From Octopus bimaculoides (lineage: Eukaryota): a stretch of DNA of 64,000 nt. Below the pieces are notes generated by a model that ran no database searches, was not told where the DNA came from, and saw nothing but the letters and a program-made list of their open reading frames with translations. Of the stretch, positions 1-13,614 are shown one piece after another. The stretch spans positions 22,459,761 to 22,523,760 of the forward strand of contig NC_069002.1 in the NCBI RefSeq assembly GCF_001194135.2, read 5' to 3'. The number at the start of each line of letters is the position of its first letter. Within the stretch, counting starts at the first letter, position 1. The position numbers and the translations under genes were made by a program.

Positions 1-37
1 ATATACTCAAGGGCGGACTATACTCGAGGATTTACGG
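1..37. mobile_element. Terminal end of a Tc1/mariner-superfamily (pogo/Tigger-like) element abutting a TA run
   Basis: The sequence ...gactatactcgaggatttacgg|TA is followed by (TA)n. The reverse complement TA-CCGTAAATCCTCGAGTATAG resembles Tc1/pogo-type TIRs. Family assignment is from memory. Confidence 0.4.
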
Positions 38-40
38 TAT

Positions 41-122
<82 letters not shown>
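38..122. repeat. Compound (TA)n-(GA)n microsatellite
   Basis: Directly visible in the sequence. Confidence 0.95.
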
Positions 123-126
<4 letters not shown>

Positions 127-461
127 GAATTAATTTGCATGTTATTTTATACAGGACTAAAAGAACTATTCCCACAAAGTAAAATCAACTGAAATCTAAA
201 ACACATGACAACAGTGTCCTCATATACAAACTCTCCACACACACCTATAAAGTACAAACAGTTCAACAAGAAAAAAAAATCTAATCTAATGTGTTTACAG
301 AAATATAAATTGTCAAATGAAGTGGGATGGGGCTATCTGACTTCCTTTCAATTACCATATTCGCTATTTTATTAAAAATCGATATTTTTATCCACTCAGT
401 TGTTCCTGTTTCATTGTAGCAATATCTCACCATAGATTTTATTACATCAATGTCTCACCAT

Positions 462-639
462 AGGTGCAGGAGTGGCTGTGTGGTAAGTAGCTTGCTTACC
501 AACCACATGGTTCTGGGTTCAGTCCCACTGCGTGGCAACTTGGGCAAGTGTCTTTTACTATAGCCTCGGGCCGACCAAAGCCTTGTGAGTGGATTTGGTA
601 GACGGAAACTGAAAGAAACCCGTCGTATATATATATATG

Positions 640-681
<42 letters not shown>

Positions 682-870
682 TGTGTCATCGCTTGATAAC
701 CAATGCGGGTGTGTTTATGTCCCCGTCACTTAGCGGTTCGGCAAAAGAGACCGATAGAATAAGTACTAGGCTTACAAAGAATAAGTCCTAGGGTTGATTT
801 GCCCGACTAAAGGCGGTGCTCCAGCAAGGCTGCAGTCAAATTATTGAAACAAGTAAAAGAGAAAAGAGAA
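462..870 (+). mobile_element. tRNA-derived SINE, family A, with internal (TA)/(TG) microsatellite
   Basis: A-box-like TGGCTGTGTGG and B-box-like GGTTCAGTCC are followed by TTGGGCAAGTG (CORE-like) and a tail of agtaaaag/agagaaaag repeats. A near-identical copy lies at 49981-50375. Confidence 0.85.
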
Positions 871-1062
871 AGAGAAATACATTTATCGCTTGGACATTAC
901 ACCTGTCATAGATAAGTGTCGACGGATATGGATTCATTTAACAAATGTAAAAACACAAATTAGTGAACATTTTGCATATACACACAGTGAAAAACAACAG
1001 TGTGCATATATTTTATGAGAAATAGAGATCAAAATTTTAGAAACTGCAGCTTCTAATATATA

Positions 1063-1690
1063 GAGGGTGTCCCCCACCAAAACGTATACATACACTAACA
1101 GCTAATATTTCAACTTCCAGTTCGTTCTAGATTTAACCCATTAGAAATAATGACAAGAGCCAGAATAAGCCTTGAACAAAGGAAATGTATCCTAAAGGGT
1201 TACTGGAAGTTTGAAAATGCAGTCAAAGTGTGAAGACAATTTGGGAAGGGGTTTCAAAGAGATCCATTCACATGATTTACCATAAATCGTATTAGAGTTG
1301 AAACTGTTCAGAATGTCCACAAGAAATGTTCTGCAACACAGTGGACATCAATGAGCCCCACAAAAGCAAGAAAGGGTACTAGAAACATATTGGCAGAGTT
1401 CAAAAAAATCTTGTGTGGCAAGCAAGTTGTGAGATAGGAATTTCAAAATCAAGTATCCATTTGCATTTTGAAGCAGCCATTGGAAAAGTCACATTCTATG
1501 TTCTCAATGAAGAAGATCCAGATAGAAGTGTGGGGTTTTGTGAGTGGTACTTGGCAAGATGTGTTTAAGAAGCACACTTTCCAACAAACATGGTTTGGAA
1601 TGATGAAGCTACATCAAAATTAAATGACACAATTAACTACCACAACTGGATCTACTGGGGGTCTTGGGAGTATGCATTTTATGGAATTTT
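1063..1690 (+). mobile_element. Decayed Tc1/mariner-type transposon, 5' part, with a pseudogenised transposase
   Basis: Begins TA|GAGGGTGTCCC. From ATG 1150 it reads MTRARISLEQRKCILKGYWKFENAVKV*RQF..., and later [24 protein letters not shown], which resembles the first catalytic D motif (FSDEAxFxLNGxVNxxNxRxW). Stops and frameshifts are present. Confidence 0.75.
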
Positions 1691-1859
1691 TCTGTGCTAC
1701 TCAGGTGAAACAGGGATAAGAGATGAAATGCTTGTAACTTTGACGGTACTGAAGGGTTCCCAACAATATGAAGACCTCACTCACTATCAGAAGAGTTTGC
1801 AAAACCGTTAAGTATGTCCTGCAGTTTCTGCTTTAGGCGAAGCATCTGAATAAACAATT

Positions 1860-2750
1860 ATGTGAGGAGAGGTAACTCGGTCAAACAGAAACAGTAAGGT
1901 ATTTCTCATTGTAGCAATAAGTTGTAACATCTCCAAAGTCCTCTTGAATGATTGGCATGACAGATTGTTACAGCAAGTTCAAATAAATGGGGTCAGTCAC
2001 AACGAATGGTCCAATTAACCCTTTTGATGATAAGCTGTACCATACTGTAACTCCTCACAAATTTATGTAGTGTTAATAATATGCAGGTTCTCATGTCCCT
2101 GGTAGATCCAATTGCAGTGCTTAATTGAGCCATTTAATTTAGCCTCATCATTCCAAACCATGTTTGCAGGAAAAGGTGCATCTTATACACATTTTACCAA
2201 GTACCATTCACANNNNNNNNNNNNNNNNNNNNNNNNNNNNNNNNNNNNNNNCTTATCTGGATCTCCTTCCCTGGGAACATGGACTGTTCTTGAAATGTGA
2301 CTTTTCCAATGACAGACCTTCAAAATGTGATGAATGCTTCATTTTGAAATTGATATCTCACAACTTTCTTAAGAGAAAGATTTTCTTGAATTATGGTAAT
2401 ATGTTTCTTGTACCCTTTCTTGCTATTGTGGGTCTTATCAACGTTGGCAGTCTTCCGAATGTTTCTTGTAGACATTCTGAACAGTTCCATCTTTAATATG
2501 ATTTATGATAAACCACTTCAGTGGATTTGTTTAAAACTCCCTCCTAAACTGTCTTTTACAGTTGAACTGCATTTTCAAACTTCCAATAATAGTTTTGATT
2601 AAATTTCCTTTATTCAAGGCTTACTTTGGTACTGTTCATTATTTCTAATGCATGAATTCTAAAAAGAAATGAAAATTGAATTATCAGCTATTTAAAGTAT
2701 ACATTCATTTTCTTTTTCTATTTTGTGTTTTTTGGCATACTTCATATAAA
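1860..2750 (-). mobile_element. Second decayed copy of the same Tc1/mariner family, in opposite orientation
   Basis: The reverse complement of 2580-2650 (cattagaaataatgaacagtaccaaagtaagccttgaataaaggaaa...ttggaagtttgaaaatgcagt) aligns with 1139-1225. The reverse complement of 2110-2165 reads VWNDEAKLNGSIKHCNWIY. Confidence 0.75.
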
Positions 2751-3836
2751 GATAGTGTTTTTACGCTATTTCTGTCTCACCAAATTTCACCCACAGGGTA
2801 TTTGTAAAGTGAAGATGATGACAGAAGACACTTGCCCAAAGTGCTGTGCAGGGGAATGGAACTCTGAACGACAGCCCTAATTGCATCCCTTAAATTATAC
2901 AGCCATGCCACACACATGAATGTATGTCACATTTTAAAACAGAACATATAATGCTTACATGTATTTCTATAACAGAACTTTGTATAAATATGTTTTTGCT
3001 ATTTTTAAAGATGTAAATGTGTATTTAATCCTAACTTTAACCAAGAACAAATGGAATTTCATACATACATAAGCATCTATTTTGAAAAGTAAACAAAAAT
3101 TGCAATATTCATATATTTACAAAATATAAGAGAAGAAAGTAAAACAATACAAAGTCCAGAGTGACAAAGTACAGGCCATGCTATCAAGAAAATACAAACA
3201 GATAATTAAACAAGAGCTGTTAACCCTTTAATGACATTAACTCACACACTCTGACAGGAGTTCACGCTTGCTGGCGTTAGTTTAGTCTTTGATTTATTAA
3301 TTTAGGAATGAGAACTGTAAATGGGAAAAAGAAAAATTCTACATACCCACTCTGAATACACAGTGGCTGTTACTACGGAAACTGTGATCACTATATGATA
3401 CAAAGTACCCCTAAATCTTCATTAATGCTTAAAATAATGTTTAACACACACACATATACAGACATCTTAAAACACCAATGTTTTTGTAAGATTTATTTCT
3501 AGAAACAAAATAATGTCATTTAATGTATTTAAATATTTAATCTAATATTTAGTAGACATAATGCTTTGTGCAGTTTTTAATTATTTAACTCTTTTGGGCA
3601 TCGTACTAATGAGTGGTGGCCACACAAATTAAACAGTATGATGAGGTGGGGGGGGGTCTATTTACTTATAAGATGCCTGTGTACATACACACAACACAGT
3701 TCTCTCTCTCCACCTATTTTCAGCTTCCTCAATACAAATTATCACAGTATAGTGATTATCATGTCATCCATCTGGTTTCAGCAATAACAATTTCAAAGTT
3801 CTCTCCCTTGTATTTTTTGACAAGAATTACTATTAA

Positions 3837-4050
3837 CCCATTAGCATCTAAACCAGCCATATCCAGCCCAAATATTGCTTTATGTTCAAACCAGCCAGAT
3901 CAGGCCTCTTTCACCTACCTTACAATGTCATTCTAAAAATAAACAATCACATCATTGAATTCCAAAAGCTACAAGATAATGGAGGATTAATTCAAAACAC
4001 TGTGAATAAATAAGCATTTCCTTTGAGAAAGAAATCTGAATACAAAATGG
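3837..4050. mobile_element. Non-autonomous TTAA-flanked MITE (piggyBac-like termini)
   Basis: TTAA|CCCATTAGCAT ... AAAATGG|TTAA. The internal sequence is shared with copies at 37108-37332, 40850-41070, 28500-28650 (partial) and 4770-4960 (reverse). Confidence 0.7.
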
Positions 4051-7000
4051 TTAAAGCTAATAATGTTTGATTCTCATTACTGGTGTCATTTCAAATGATT
4101 AAACATTCTTCTAGGTTCACCACATGAAATATTAATCTGTACTTGGCTAGAGCACACACTGTTTTCCTATTGCAGCTCTGAATAACCAATTTCTTTTAAC
4201 AATCGACAAAAAAAATAAATAAATAAATAAAAAAATAAAGGTGAGTTTCAAGTGGCCCATACATATAACTGGTATGTTTGGTTTTCATTTATCTTCGATG
4301 AACAAAATCAAAAGGCCAATTCAATCACAAGGGATTGGAACTAATACTGTTAGAACTAAATACTACAAGAATTTGGTATGTCTTTCTATTGTTTCTGCAA
4401 ATTGTCTGTGGACAGCAGCAGTAAATCATTTACTTTTTCCACACAGGCAGAAAACCAAGAGTTTCAAGCAGTAATAATAAGTAAACTGAAACAAATCCAC
4501 AACCAAGTAAGTTCAGAAAAGTGAACACTGAAGTCAACATTGGTTAAGTCTGAAATTGCAACTCTCTGGGTACAACTGCAAACTATTTATACTTCATTGA
4601 TCTGCTGGTTCTGTAACCTCATTGCTTTTGTCCAGCAAGGTAACGTGTGTGTGTGTGTGTGTGCACGCGCTTAAGTTTGCAGTGATGCCAAGATAATTTA
4701 ATCTCATCACTGTTGCATTCAACAGTTAGTGGACAGTTGTTCAAAAGATTAAGGCCTTTTTTAAAGTACTTCATCAATCATTTCAGCCATTTTAAAATTT
4801 AATCTTTTGACATTCAGCTTATCTTGTTAAACGTAATGCTTATTTATTCATCTTGCAGCTTTGAGATTTCAATGATGTGACTGTATATTTTTATAATGAC
4901 ATTGTAGAGTAAGTATGAGAAGCCAGATCAGGCCAGTTTGAACATAAAACAGCTTAAGACAGATATGTGTATCACAATAATTGGAGCAAACATTTATATT
5001 ATTGGAGGGACACATATTTCAAAAGTGAAACTGCAAGAACTTATGTTTAATTTCTGGATTCCAAGGAAAAGAACAAAAGAAAGACCATAACACAATGAGC
5101 AGCCAAACACTTTTGAAATCAGTGCCAACATCATATTGTCATGTGTACACCTGCAGAATATTAGCAGAAAACCAGAACCAGTTAACCTCTGGATAAAATG
5201 TGTATTGAAAGTGTGCATGTGCACATGCATACACACACGACCAGCTTCTTTCAGTTTCTGCCCATCATACTCACTTGGAAGGTTTTGGCTGGATTGGGGC
5301 TACAATAGAAGGTGCTTTACCAAAGTGCCATGCAGTAGGGCTGAACTCAAAACCACGTGGCTGGGAATCAATCTTAACCAAACACCTATTCATAGATATC
5401 CATCATATTCGCTTCATACTGCAATATACTTCAAATAGCTTATTTTTGCACAATAGGTAGTTTTTTGTCATTTGCAGTACATAAAGACCCCCTTCTGTTG
5501 TGAATGACCATGGGGTTGAACCTAGAAAGTTTCCCTCCTAGGCACAAGGTAGTTTGTGGAAGACTCCCCTCTCCCTGCACCAATGTTATCCAAGGGAGAG
5601 GCAAAGGCAGATACAGCTTGGCACCAGTACATCGCAACTCTGTGCAAAAATGATTTATTTACAATATATTACAGTTTACTTTAAATGTTCATCATGATAC
5701 ACACGTCGTGCTTATTTCACACTGTCTCACTACATAGACTGCAATATTACTAAATAAGCAACATTTACATATCCTTATAAAATGTTGATTCATTGTCAGA
5801 ATTACATTTTTTTCATTCCCACACCACTAGGTCATTGATTCTATCTAAATCTTTTGATTCCACATTTTCTGTGTTTAATGAAAATGGATCATTAATTTTA
5901 TGATCATTCCATCCAAACTTTGTTTAATAATTCTCATCCACTTCCACACACACGATAGCTGCAGTAACCTTCCTTTGCAAATAAGAGCTGGAAAGTTAAA
6001 GCAGTGATAGTCCGCTCACTCCCCAATTACCAAACCTTACATCTGAAGAAGGAATCAGCAACATATTCATCATTCTGGTCCATTTGTGTGACTTAACCAT
6101 ATAGCTGTGTGTGTGTGTCATTCAAACATAACACCCTGTGGAAGCACTCTTAGTTTTCTGAATTTTAAATGGCCAAGCCATTTTCTTCTGATCAACAAAT
6201 CCCAGAACTAATTACATAGAAGGTGAGCCAAAAGTTACTTACCTAAAATATTGTTTTGTTAATAAATTGTTAAAATAGTACCAAGTGTGTGTTTCTGAGT
6301 GTACACACACACATATATATATATGTATATATGTGTACATAAACTCACATACAATGAAGTTTAACACACATTACTCAAATTAAACTGAAACCCCGTATTT
6401 AAATCCCAAAGTGAACCATCAAGCCAGTGGTGATGAGTAAGGTATGAAAGGGTTAACTCAAACAACACAAGTAGCATGCAGTTGCAGGAGAACAATGAGA
6501 GTAGTGGTGGGAGATGGGTTCTCAAGAAAGCCAAGGTGGAATGGGAGGAGGAGCAGGGGTCAGGGAGGTGATTAGTACCTTGTTAGATTACATTATGGTT
6601 TAGTAAGGGTAGAAGTAGCAAGCAGCAGCTGCAGTAGTAGCAACAATAGTAATAAGAAGAAGACCAGAAAGTAAAGGTGGAAAGGAAAGTTGAGGAGAAT
6701 AAATAAACAAATAAAATAAACAAATCAGAATTTTCTTCCTTTTAAACTAAAAGAAATTATGAAAATTTAAATATATTAATAAAATATATAAAACAATAAA
6801 AAAAATCAACTATAAAGATCAAGCAATCAATTTTTTGTAGAAGCAGTCATTAGCATCATTATCAACATGGCTGAATGGTTTTGATGTCCAGTAGATTATG
6901 GAAAGAAACCCAAGGAAAATATCTAAATTTTGATGTCTTAAATGATGAAAATCCATCAGAAATAAAAGTCTGTAGAGAGACATAAACAACCAAAGATAAT

Positions 7001-7545
7001 AGAAATGATAACAGAAACAACAGGAACCCTCTAGATTGCTATCCTAATGATTTTGATTTCAAACCCTGCTTTGACCAATGTTGCTTTTTGATACTTCAGT
7101 GGTATTAAATTAAATTCTTTCTCATTATTAAGGATTAGTTTAAGTAGCTATAACCAGTTTCACTTACACTTAATACTGGCAGAATCATCAGAATACTGGG
7201 CCAAATGCTAAGAGTTCAAATTAAATTAAATAAGTGCCTGTTGAGCACTGGGGTCATTGCAATCAATTGGTCCGCTACCCGCAAAACGTCAGGCTTTGTA
7301 CCTATAGTAGAAAGGATTATTATTATTATTAAAGAGAGTAACGAAGTGACACATAGTGGACAACATGCCTAGTACTCTTTACTTTATCTTCTCTGGACTC
7401 TTGAGTTCATATCTTACAATAGCTGGTTTTGCCTGATTTCTCAGAACAAGAACCAGGTATGCACTGAAGCTGAATAAATGTATTATGCCTCTCACCAACA
7501 AATCCTTAACCATATGCCAATGTGAGAAATTATCATTGAGGCAGC

Positions 7546-7752
7546 AGGCTGGCAGAGTCATTAGCATGCTAGACGAAATGCTTAGCGGTATTTTGCCAGT
7601 CATTACATTCTGAGTTCAAATTTCGCCAAGGTCAACTTTGCCTTTCATCCTTTCAAGGCCAATAAAATAAGTACCAGTGAAAGACTGGGGTCGATGTAAT
7701 CGACTAGACACCTCTCTCTCCAAATCTCAGGCCTTCAGTAGAAAGGATTATT
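7546..7752 (+). mobile_element. SINE family C (most abundant repeat in the window), representative copy
   Basis: B-box-like TTCTGAGTTCAAATT, a central GCCTTTCATCCTTT..GG..GATAAAATAAGTACCAG block, GGGGTCGATGTAATCGACT and a (TTA)n tail. About 20 copies occur, e.g. 7770-7935, 10850-11000, 23470-23690(-), 25430-25630(-), 29575-29760(-), 37820-38040(-), 38590-38820, 39590-39775(-), 47830-48170(-), 49555-49920 and 58790-59000. Confidence 0.85.
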
Positions 7753-7974
7753 ACTGTTAGCAACATTTCATGATTTTTACGTTCTGAGTTCAAATTCTGC
7801 CGAGGTCAGCTTTGCCTTTCATCCTTTCTGGGTTGATAAATTAAGTACCAGGTAAACACTGGGGTCAATATAATCGACTTATCTCCTCCCACAAAATTGA
7901 TGCCCTTGTGACAAAATTTGAAACCATTATTATTATTCCATTTATGCACAACAGATTAGACTGTTGGAAAAAAT

Positions 7975-8340
7975 TGCAAACAAGTAACCTTAGATGCCAA
8001 GAACTTTCCCAAGTATCCTAGATGTCCCTAATAACAGTTTTATGGAGCTGCACTAAACTAGGTCTTATGCCTATTTCTTCTTATCCATCAATTCAAATCT
8101 TTAGGAATAGTTCTTAATGCACCTACCTACAGGAATACATTTTACCCACAGTTTCTCTTAGTAAGCACTTCCCTTTACTGGTTGTCCTTAATGACAATAT
8201 CTGGTCACTTAGCCTTCATCACCTGTCTGTATGTATTGCCATGTATGTTACATAGTATAACCATTTACTCTTTTCCTCAGATCATTTCCAGTGTATATTT
8301 ATGGCATCTCTTTTTCTGGTAGTATTTTATTATTCTAACA
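7975..8340 (-). mobile_element. 3' fragment of an R4/Dong-like (RLE) non-LTR retrotransposon
   Basis: The reverse complement contains ...ttattagggacatctaggatacttgggaaagttcttggcatctaaggttacttg, matching the ORF end of the copy at 39779-40245. Confidence 0.7.
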
Positions 8341-11300
8341 CAATCTTCAGTCTCAGTCTGATGCATCTATAATATTCCTTCTAAATCTTCTTGTTCATCT
8401 ATTTGTGTGTTGCAAACTGTTTAGTTGATTTTTAAATATTTGTATGTCTGTCTGTAGTCTAATTCTCTTATCTCATTTCTTTATCTAATATGATATTAAT
8501 TTTCTTTCCTTTTTGTCTATTCGGCCTTGACACATTTTTTTCTTATCTAAATCTCAAATCAGTTTCTTTAACAAATCCATGTACTATCCACAGTAGCAGT
8601 TCTATTTGTTTAAAACCTGAGGTGGATTATCTTTTCATGGCATTACATCCAACTCCAGTTCTAGAAGTTAAAGGCGTCACTGCCAGGCAGAAAAGGAAGA
8701 CTCTTCTTTTGGAAATTCCATTCTGAATAGAAATGGGTTTCATTTGGATAACCGCTTTTGTATCTGCAAAATTGATTGCTATTTACTCCTGACATGTTTT
8801 ATCTATTTTCTTATCATTCAATACTACCTGACTAAAAGACATTTTTTTCAGGATCCATGGATGGAGAACATTAAAAACCTTCTGGTATTCAATCAATGTC
8901 CTGCTACATAGACCCAACTCTCTCTCTGTGCAATCTTCACATATAGCTAGTTTAATCAATAATTGATCTTTACAACAGCCATATCAGCCTCTGAAGCATC
9001 CTTTCTACTCTTCTGGAAACAGTTTACCCCATATTTTTTTTTTACTGTATGTGGGCTATTTCTGTTCCTGTTATGGCTAGCCACAATTTTTCATATACTG
9101 TGTTCATTGTTTTGACCAATTGGTCATTATTGTTATTATTATTATTATTACTACTATTACAGACTTTATGGCAGTGTTTCACTTGACTAATATCTTTGGG
9201 AAAGGCATGAATGTGGCATTATCTCACATTTCTCCACAATATGATTTATATCATATTCAATTCATAATACCCATGTATGTGTTTAAAATCTCAAAAGACC
9301 AGGATCAATGCCTCAACATCACAGTCCCACCCTCCTACACACACACACACACACACACCCAGTGCAATTCCATATGTTTCTAGTAGATCTAGAATTAACA
9401 ACTTAGTATTACTTCAAGTTGATAAAATTAAATAGAGAAAGACAAGATGTCAAATTGAAGTTTTAGTTATAAATCCTGATGTTCAGAGTTCAAATTCTGC
9501 TGCAGACAACTGCATTTTTCTGGGCCTGATAAAGTAACACACACACAATCTATCTGAAATAAATTTGTAAATTGTGCCAACAACCCTGTGTCTAGCCTTG
9601 TTGTGTAATCAGAGCTTGTGCTTCAGCAACAGGACCACCAACAACCAGATTGGACGATCAGATTAACGACCCTCAACTTTCATTAAAGCCTTCTAACTAC
9701 TCGCAAAATCCAGTTGCTTGTATACAACACACACACACACAGAATTAAAAACAGCATTATTATTGTTGTAATAAATAGATGGCATGGTTGGATGGTAATG
9801 ACAAGATCTGATGAGTCAGACAACCACATTGTGCTCCAATATCTCAGTTTCAATATAGTTTTTATGGCTGGATGCTCCTTGTGATGGTTCAAGTACAGGG
9901 GTTGTTTTAATACAGGTGTTGTGAGAGACATTCTTAGAGTTAAAAACAAACAAACTCTAGAAAGTTATTTAACAAAGCCTACAACAAAACAAAAAATATA
10001 TATAAATTTTGCTGTTTTTTTTTTTTTTTAATCAATCATAAACATTCATCGTGTATTGCAATTATCTTTGCCTGTGTTTCGCTGATTTAATGTGTTTTTA
10101 AAACTGTAATAAATCTAATGATTAGCAATGAAGATGTTTAGTTGATTGAAGAAATCTGTAATTTAGGCCATCACAGAATGGCAGAGGAGAGGGGAAAGAA
10201 ATAGAAAAAGAAAAAGAACCTCATTGAAGATTTAACTGTTGAAAATAGAGATTGATTCCAATATGGACAGAGCCACGAAGGAGACGACAAACAAATGCTT
10301 GCCTTCAGCAGCAACAGTGTTTCACACAAAATCTAAATCAAAATCTACAAGAAGTCTTCACTAATAATTGTTGTCATTCAGAGTTACTGCAGCTTAGTGA
10401 ATAAAGATGCTAAATGCTGTGGATCATCAATCAAGTTTGCAAGTTCAATCCATCATAATGGTACTAAAGTGGCAGGTGTGTGAAGAAATTTCTTTAACCA
10501 ATTGAATTATTACAGGTGTAAAAATTAATATAATATACACTTTAATGGTCTTCATCACATCAAAATCTCTTTTTCATTTTTGAAATCCTTGTTATTATTA
10601 TTATTATTATTACTATTATTATTATTATTATAAACATTTATTGTTATAAAAGTAATTATTATTACGGTGGAATGGCACAATCATCACAACTATCTTACAG
10701 TATCAATTCCAGCTCTTTACATTCAGAGTTCAAATTCCACAGGGTTCATCTTTAGATTTCATCCTCTCAAGGTTAATAAAACAAAGTACATTCTGCTTAG
10801 ATTAGAAATTACCATTAATCTTTGACAAGCTGACAGAACTGTTAAATGTTTTCCGGCATTTCTTCTGAGTTCAACTTCTGTCAAGGTTGACTTTACCTTT
10901 CATCCTTTCGGGGTCGATAAAATAAGTACCAGTGAAACACTGGGATCAATGTAATCCCTTACCCCCTCCCCCATGCCAAAACTTGAAACAGTTATTATTA
11001 CTATTATTATTATTAGTAGTAGCATTTTTATCATTATATCTTCATATTCAAACCTTACACTGGATTAAATGATACAATGTTTACTTTCATTTATAGCAAT
11101 TCCCACTCTTAATTTTAGCAGGTCAACATCAACATATAAAATGCTAGTCTCTATTATTAGAAAACATATTCCTTGTCAATACAAGAAACTGTTTTCTCAG
11201 TCTTTTCAAATTTGGAGCTTGTTCTAAGTTGAGATGATGCTAGGCAGCTGAAGGAGCTTTACCCAAAGAATACAGTACTAAGCTGTTACAGCTGCAATTC

Positions 11301-11699
11301 CTCCAGAAATTACAAGGGCAACATTTGAACTCAAAAGCTACTACCTACTGAACTGCTGTAGCAAACTTACAGTAATTTCAACACTTCACACTCATGTTTC
11401 CATCCTCTCATCAATAAATTTCATTACTTGATTGCATCAGTGCTAAGGAGACAAGAAGACAAAACCTGGTCTTTGAACAACGGAATTATACTCTGCAGAC
11501 ATTTTACTGTTAGGTTTCAATTCCAACACTTTGCTTCTAACATGGAAAATAATTATTATCTTGTCACCCACAATCACTCCATTTTCTTTATCTGTAATTG
11601 CCCTTTCTTCAAAGCATTGTGTTGGTAACATTGCTCTGAATGAAGTAAGGAGTGGTGATGCGTATTTTGTCTTGTGGCTTACAAAACAACTTCACCAGA

Positions 11700-12000
11700 G
11701 TCAGTGGCACTGATGGTTATGATAAAGGTTCCAGATGATCTGATCAATAGAACAGCCTGCAAGTGGCTGAGTACTCCACGGACGTGCATATCCTTAATGT
11801 AATCAAGGAGATTCGGGATAATATAGAATGTGACAAGGGTGGGTCTTTGAATCATAGGTACGATTCAATTTTGCCAGCTGATTGGACTAGGGCAACATGA
11901 AATAAAGTGTCTTACTCAAGAACGCAATACACTGCCAGGTCTTGAACTCGTGACCTTATGATCATGAGCTGAATGCCCTAACCACTGAGTCATGCACCCT
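11700..12000 (-). mobile_element. Decayed SINE family B copy
   Basis: The reverse complement has a tRNA-like head (agtggttagggcattcagctcatgatcataaggtcacgagttcaaga) and a body matching 46825-47209. Another copy lies at about 30350-30540(-). Confidence 0.65.
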
Positions 12001-12713
12001 CATGAAGTGGTCAGTAAATGCACTAAGACAAAAGAGAAAGGATTGTGAAAAATCTTTAGTCTTGACCTGTTGAAAAGAGGATAACCTCTGCAGAGCTTGT
12101 ACAATGGACACCCAGCAGACTGCATGAAGTGGTCAGTGACTGGAAGGGCATCGATCTGTATAATTCATGCCAAAAACTAGAACAAATAAGAGTCCGACAT
12201 GGTTCAGAATAAGAACTTACACCATAATGACCTGTCCAACTCATGCCAGCAGGGAAAACAAACATATGAAATAATGATGTCAGTTTCCAGATGAAAGCAG
12301 AGAGGGTTATAAAGGGTGGATCGATGTTTAGGGCAAAGGATAACATCAATGAAGATCTTGTCAAGGACTGAAAATAGAAACATGCCAAGCCCACAACATC
12401 ATGGTTGCACATGGCTGAGGAGGATTGCAGGGTAGCAAAGCTTCAGTCAAGAGTGACAGCTAGAATTGGCAGTCAGACTTGTTAACCTGTGTCAGATTGT
12501 ATTGGCACCAAGCCATTAATTACTGATTTCTTCCAACTGCATTCAAGGTCAGTCAAAGATATCAAAACTCCAGTTTATCAATGGGATTTAGCTATTCAAC
12601 CCTGAATGGGGGACCTGCAGTGTAAGTAAGATTTGATTAGATTCAAAGAGGGCAATAATTATTTTAAGGCTTTTATCCAACACTCTGCTGTTGCTATCTG
12701 CAATCTCAAACTA

Positions 12714-12715
12714 CT

Positions 12716-12778
<63 letters not shown>

Positions 12779-12779
12779 A
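12714..12779. repeat. (TAG)n microsatellite
   Basis: Directly visible in the sequence. Confidence 0.95.
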
Positions 12780-13384
12780 TTCTTTCTAGTTATTGGCATA
12801 AGGCCAGCAATTTTGAGGAGAGGGAGCAAGTCAACAACTCCACCACGCACACTGCCCACTGTTCAACTGATACTCATTTCATCAACCACAAAAAAAAAAA
12901 AAAAACGAAAGGCTAAGTTGATGTTGATAGAATTTGAACTCAGGACATAAAAAGTCAGAAGAAATGCTGCTAAGCGTTTTGTCCAATGTGCAAACGATTC
13001 TGCCAGCTCACCATTTTCATAATAATATAACCCTTTTTACTATAGGAAGAAGGCCTGAAACTATTAAGGGGGTAGTTGATTACATTAACCCAGTGGCAGA
13101 ATTTGAACTCAGAATGTAATGGGTGAAATACCACTAAGCATTTTGTCCAAAGTGCTAACTATTCTGCCAGCTAATAATAATAATAATAATAATACTTTTT
13201 ATTATAGGCACAAAGCCTGAAATTTTGTGGGGAGGAGGATAGTTGATTACATCAACTCCAAAAGGACAAAAGGCAGGGTTGACCCCAGTAGGATTTGAAC
13301 TCAGAACATAAAGAGCCAGAAGGAATGCTACTGAATATTTCGCCCAATGTGCTAACGATCCTGCCAGCTCACCACCACAACAAC

Positions 13385-13400
<16 letters not shown>
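12780..13400 (-). mobile_element. Three head-to-tail SINE family C copies joined by (TAA)n tails
   Basis: Repeated modules of aggcc..aattttg...gttgattacatcaac...gaatttgaactcagaa...ctaagcatttt...gctaacgattctgccagctc at about 12780-13020, 13020-13175 and 13195-13400. Confidence 0.75.
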
Positions 13401-13419
<19 letters not shown>

Positions 13420-13468
13420 CAACAACAACAACAAGGGTGTTAAGCATTAACAACGAAACCATCTTTTG

Positions 13469-13501
<33 letters not shown>

Positions 13502-13614
13502 ATGTGTGTGTGCGTGCATGCGTGTGAAGTGGCACCTGATGTTTTGACTTTGCAGAGAGCTGGAGTGAGTTGGAGGAGTTAAGACAAGAGAACTCATTAG
13601 AAACTACTTCATAC

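Noticed and set aside
5000-5190. Minus-strand hydrophobic ORF 4994..5236 and acceptor ctgcag|GTGTACACATGA as a candidate last SCAMP exon
   Set aside because: It lacks the expected VH.xYR.TGASFxKAQxEF motif, and phase 0 entry gives VYT*. The true last exon was not found in the window.
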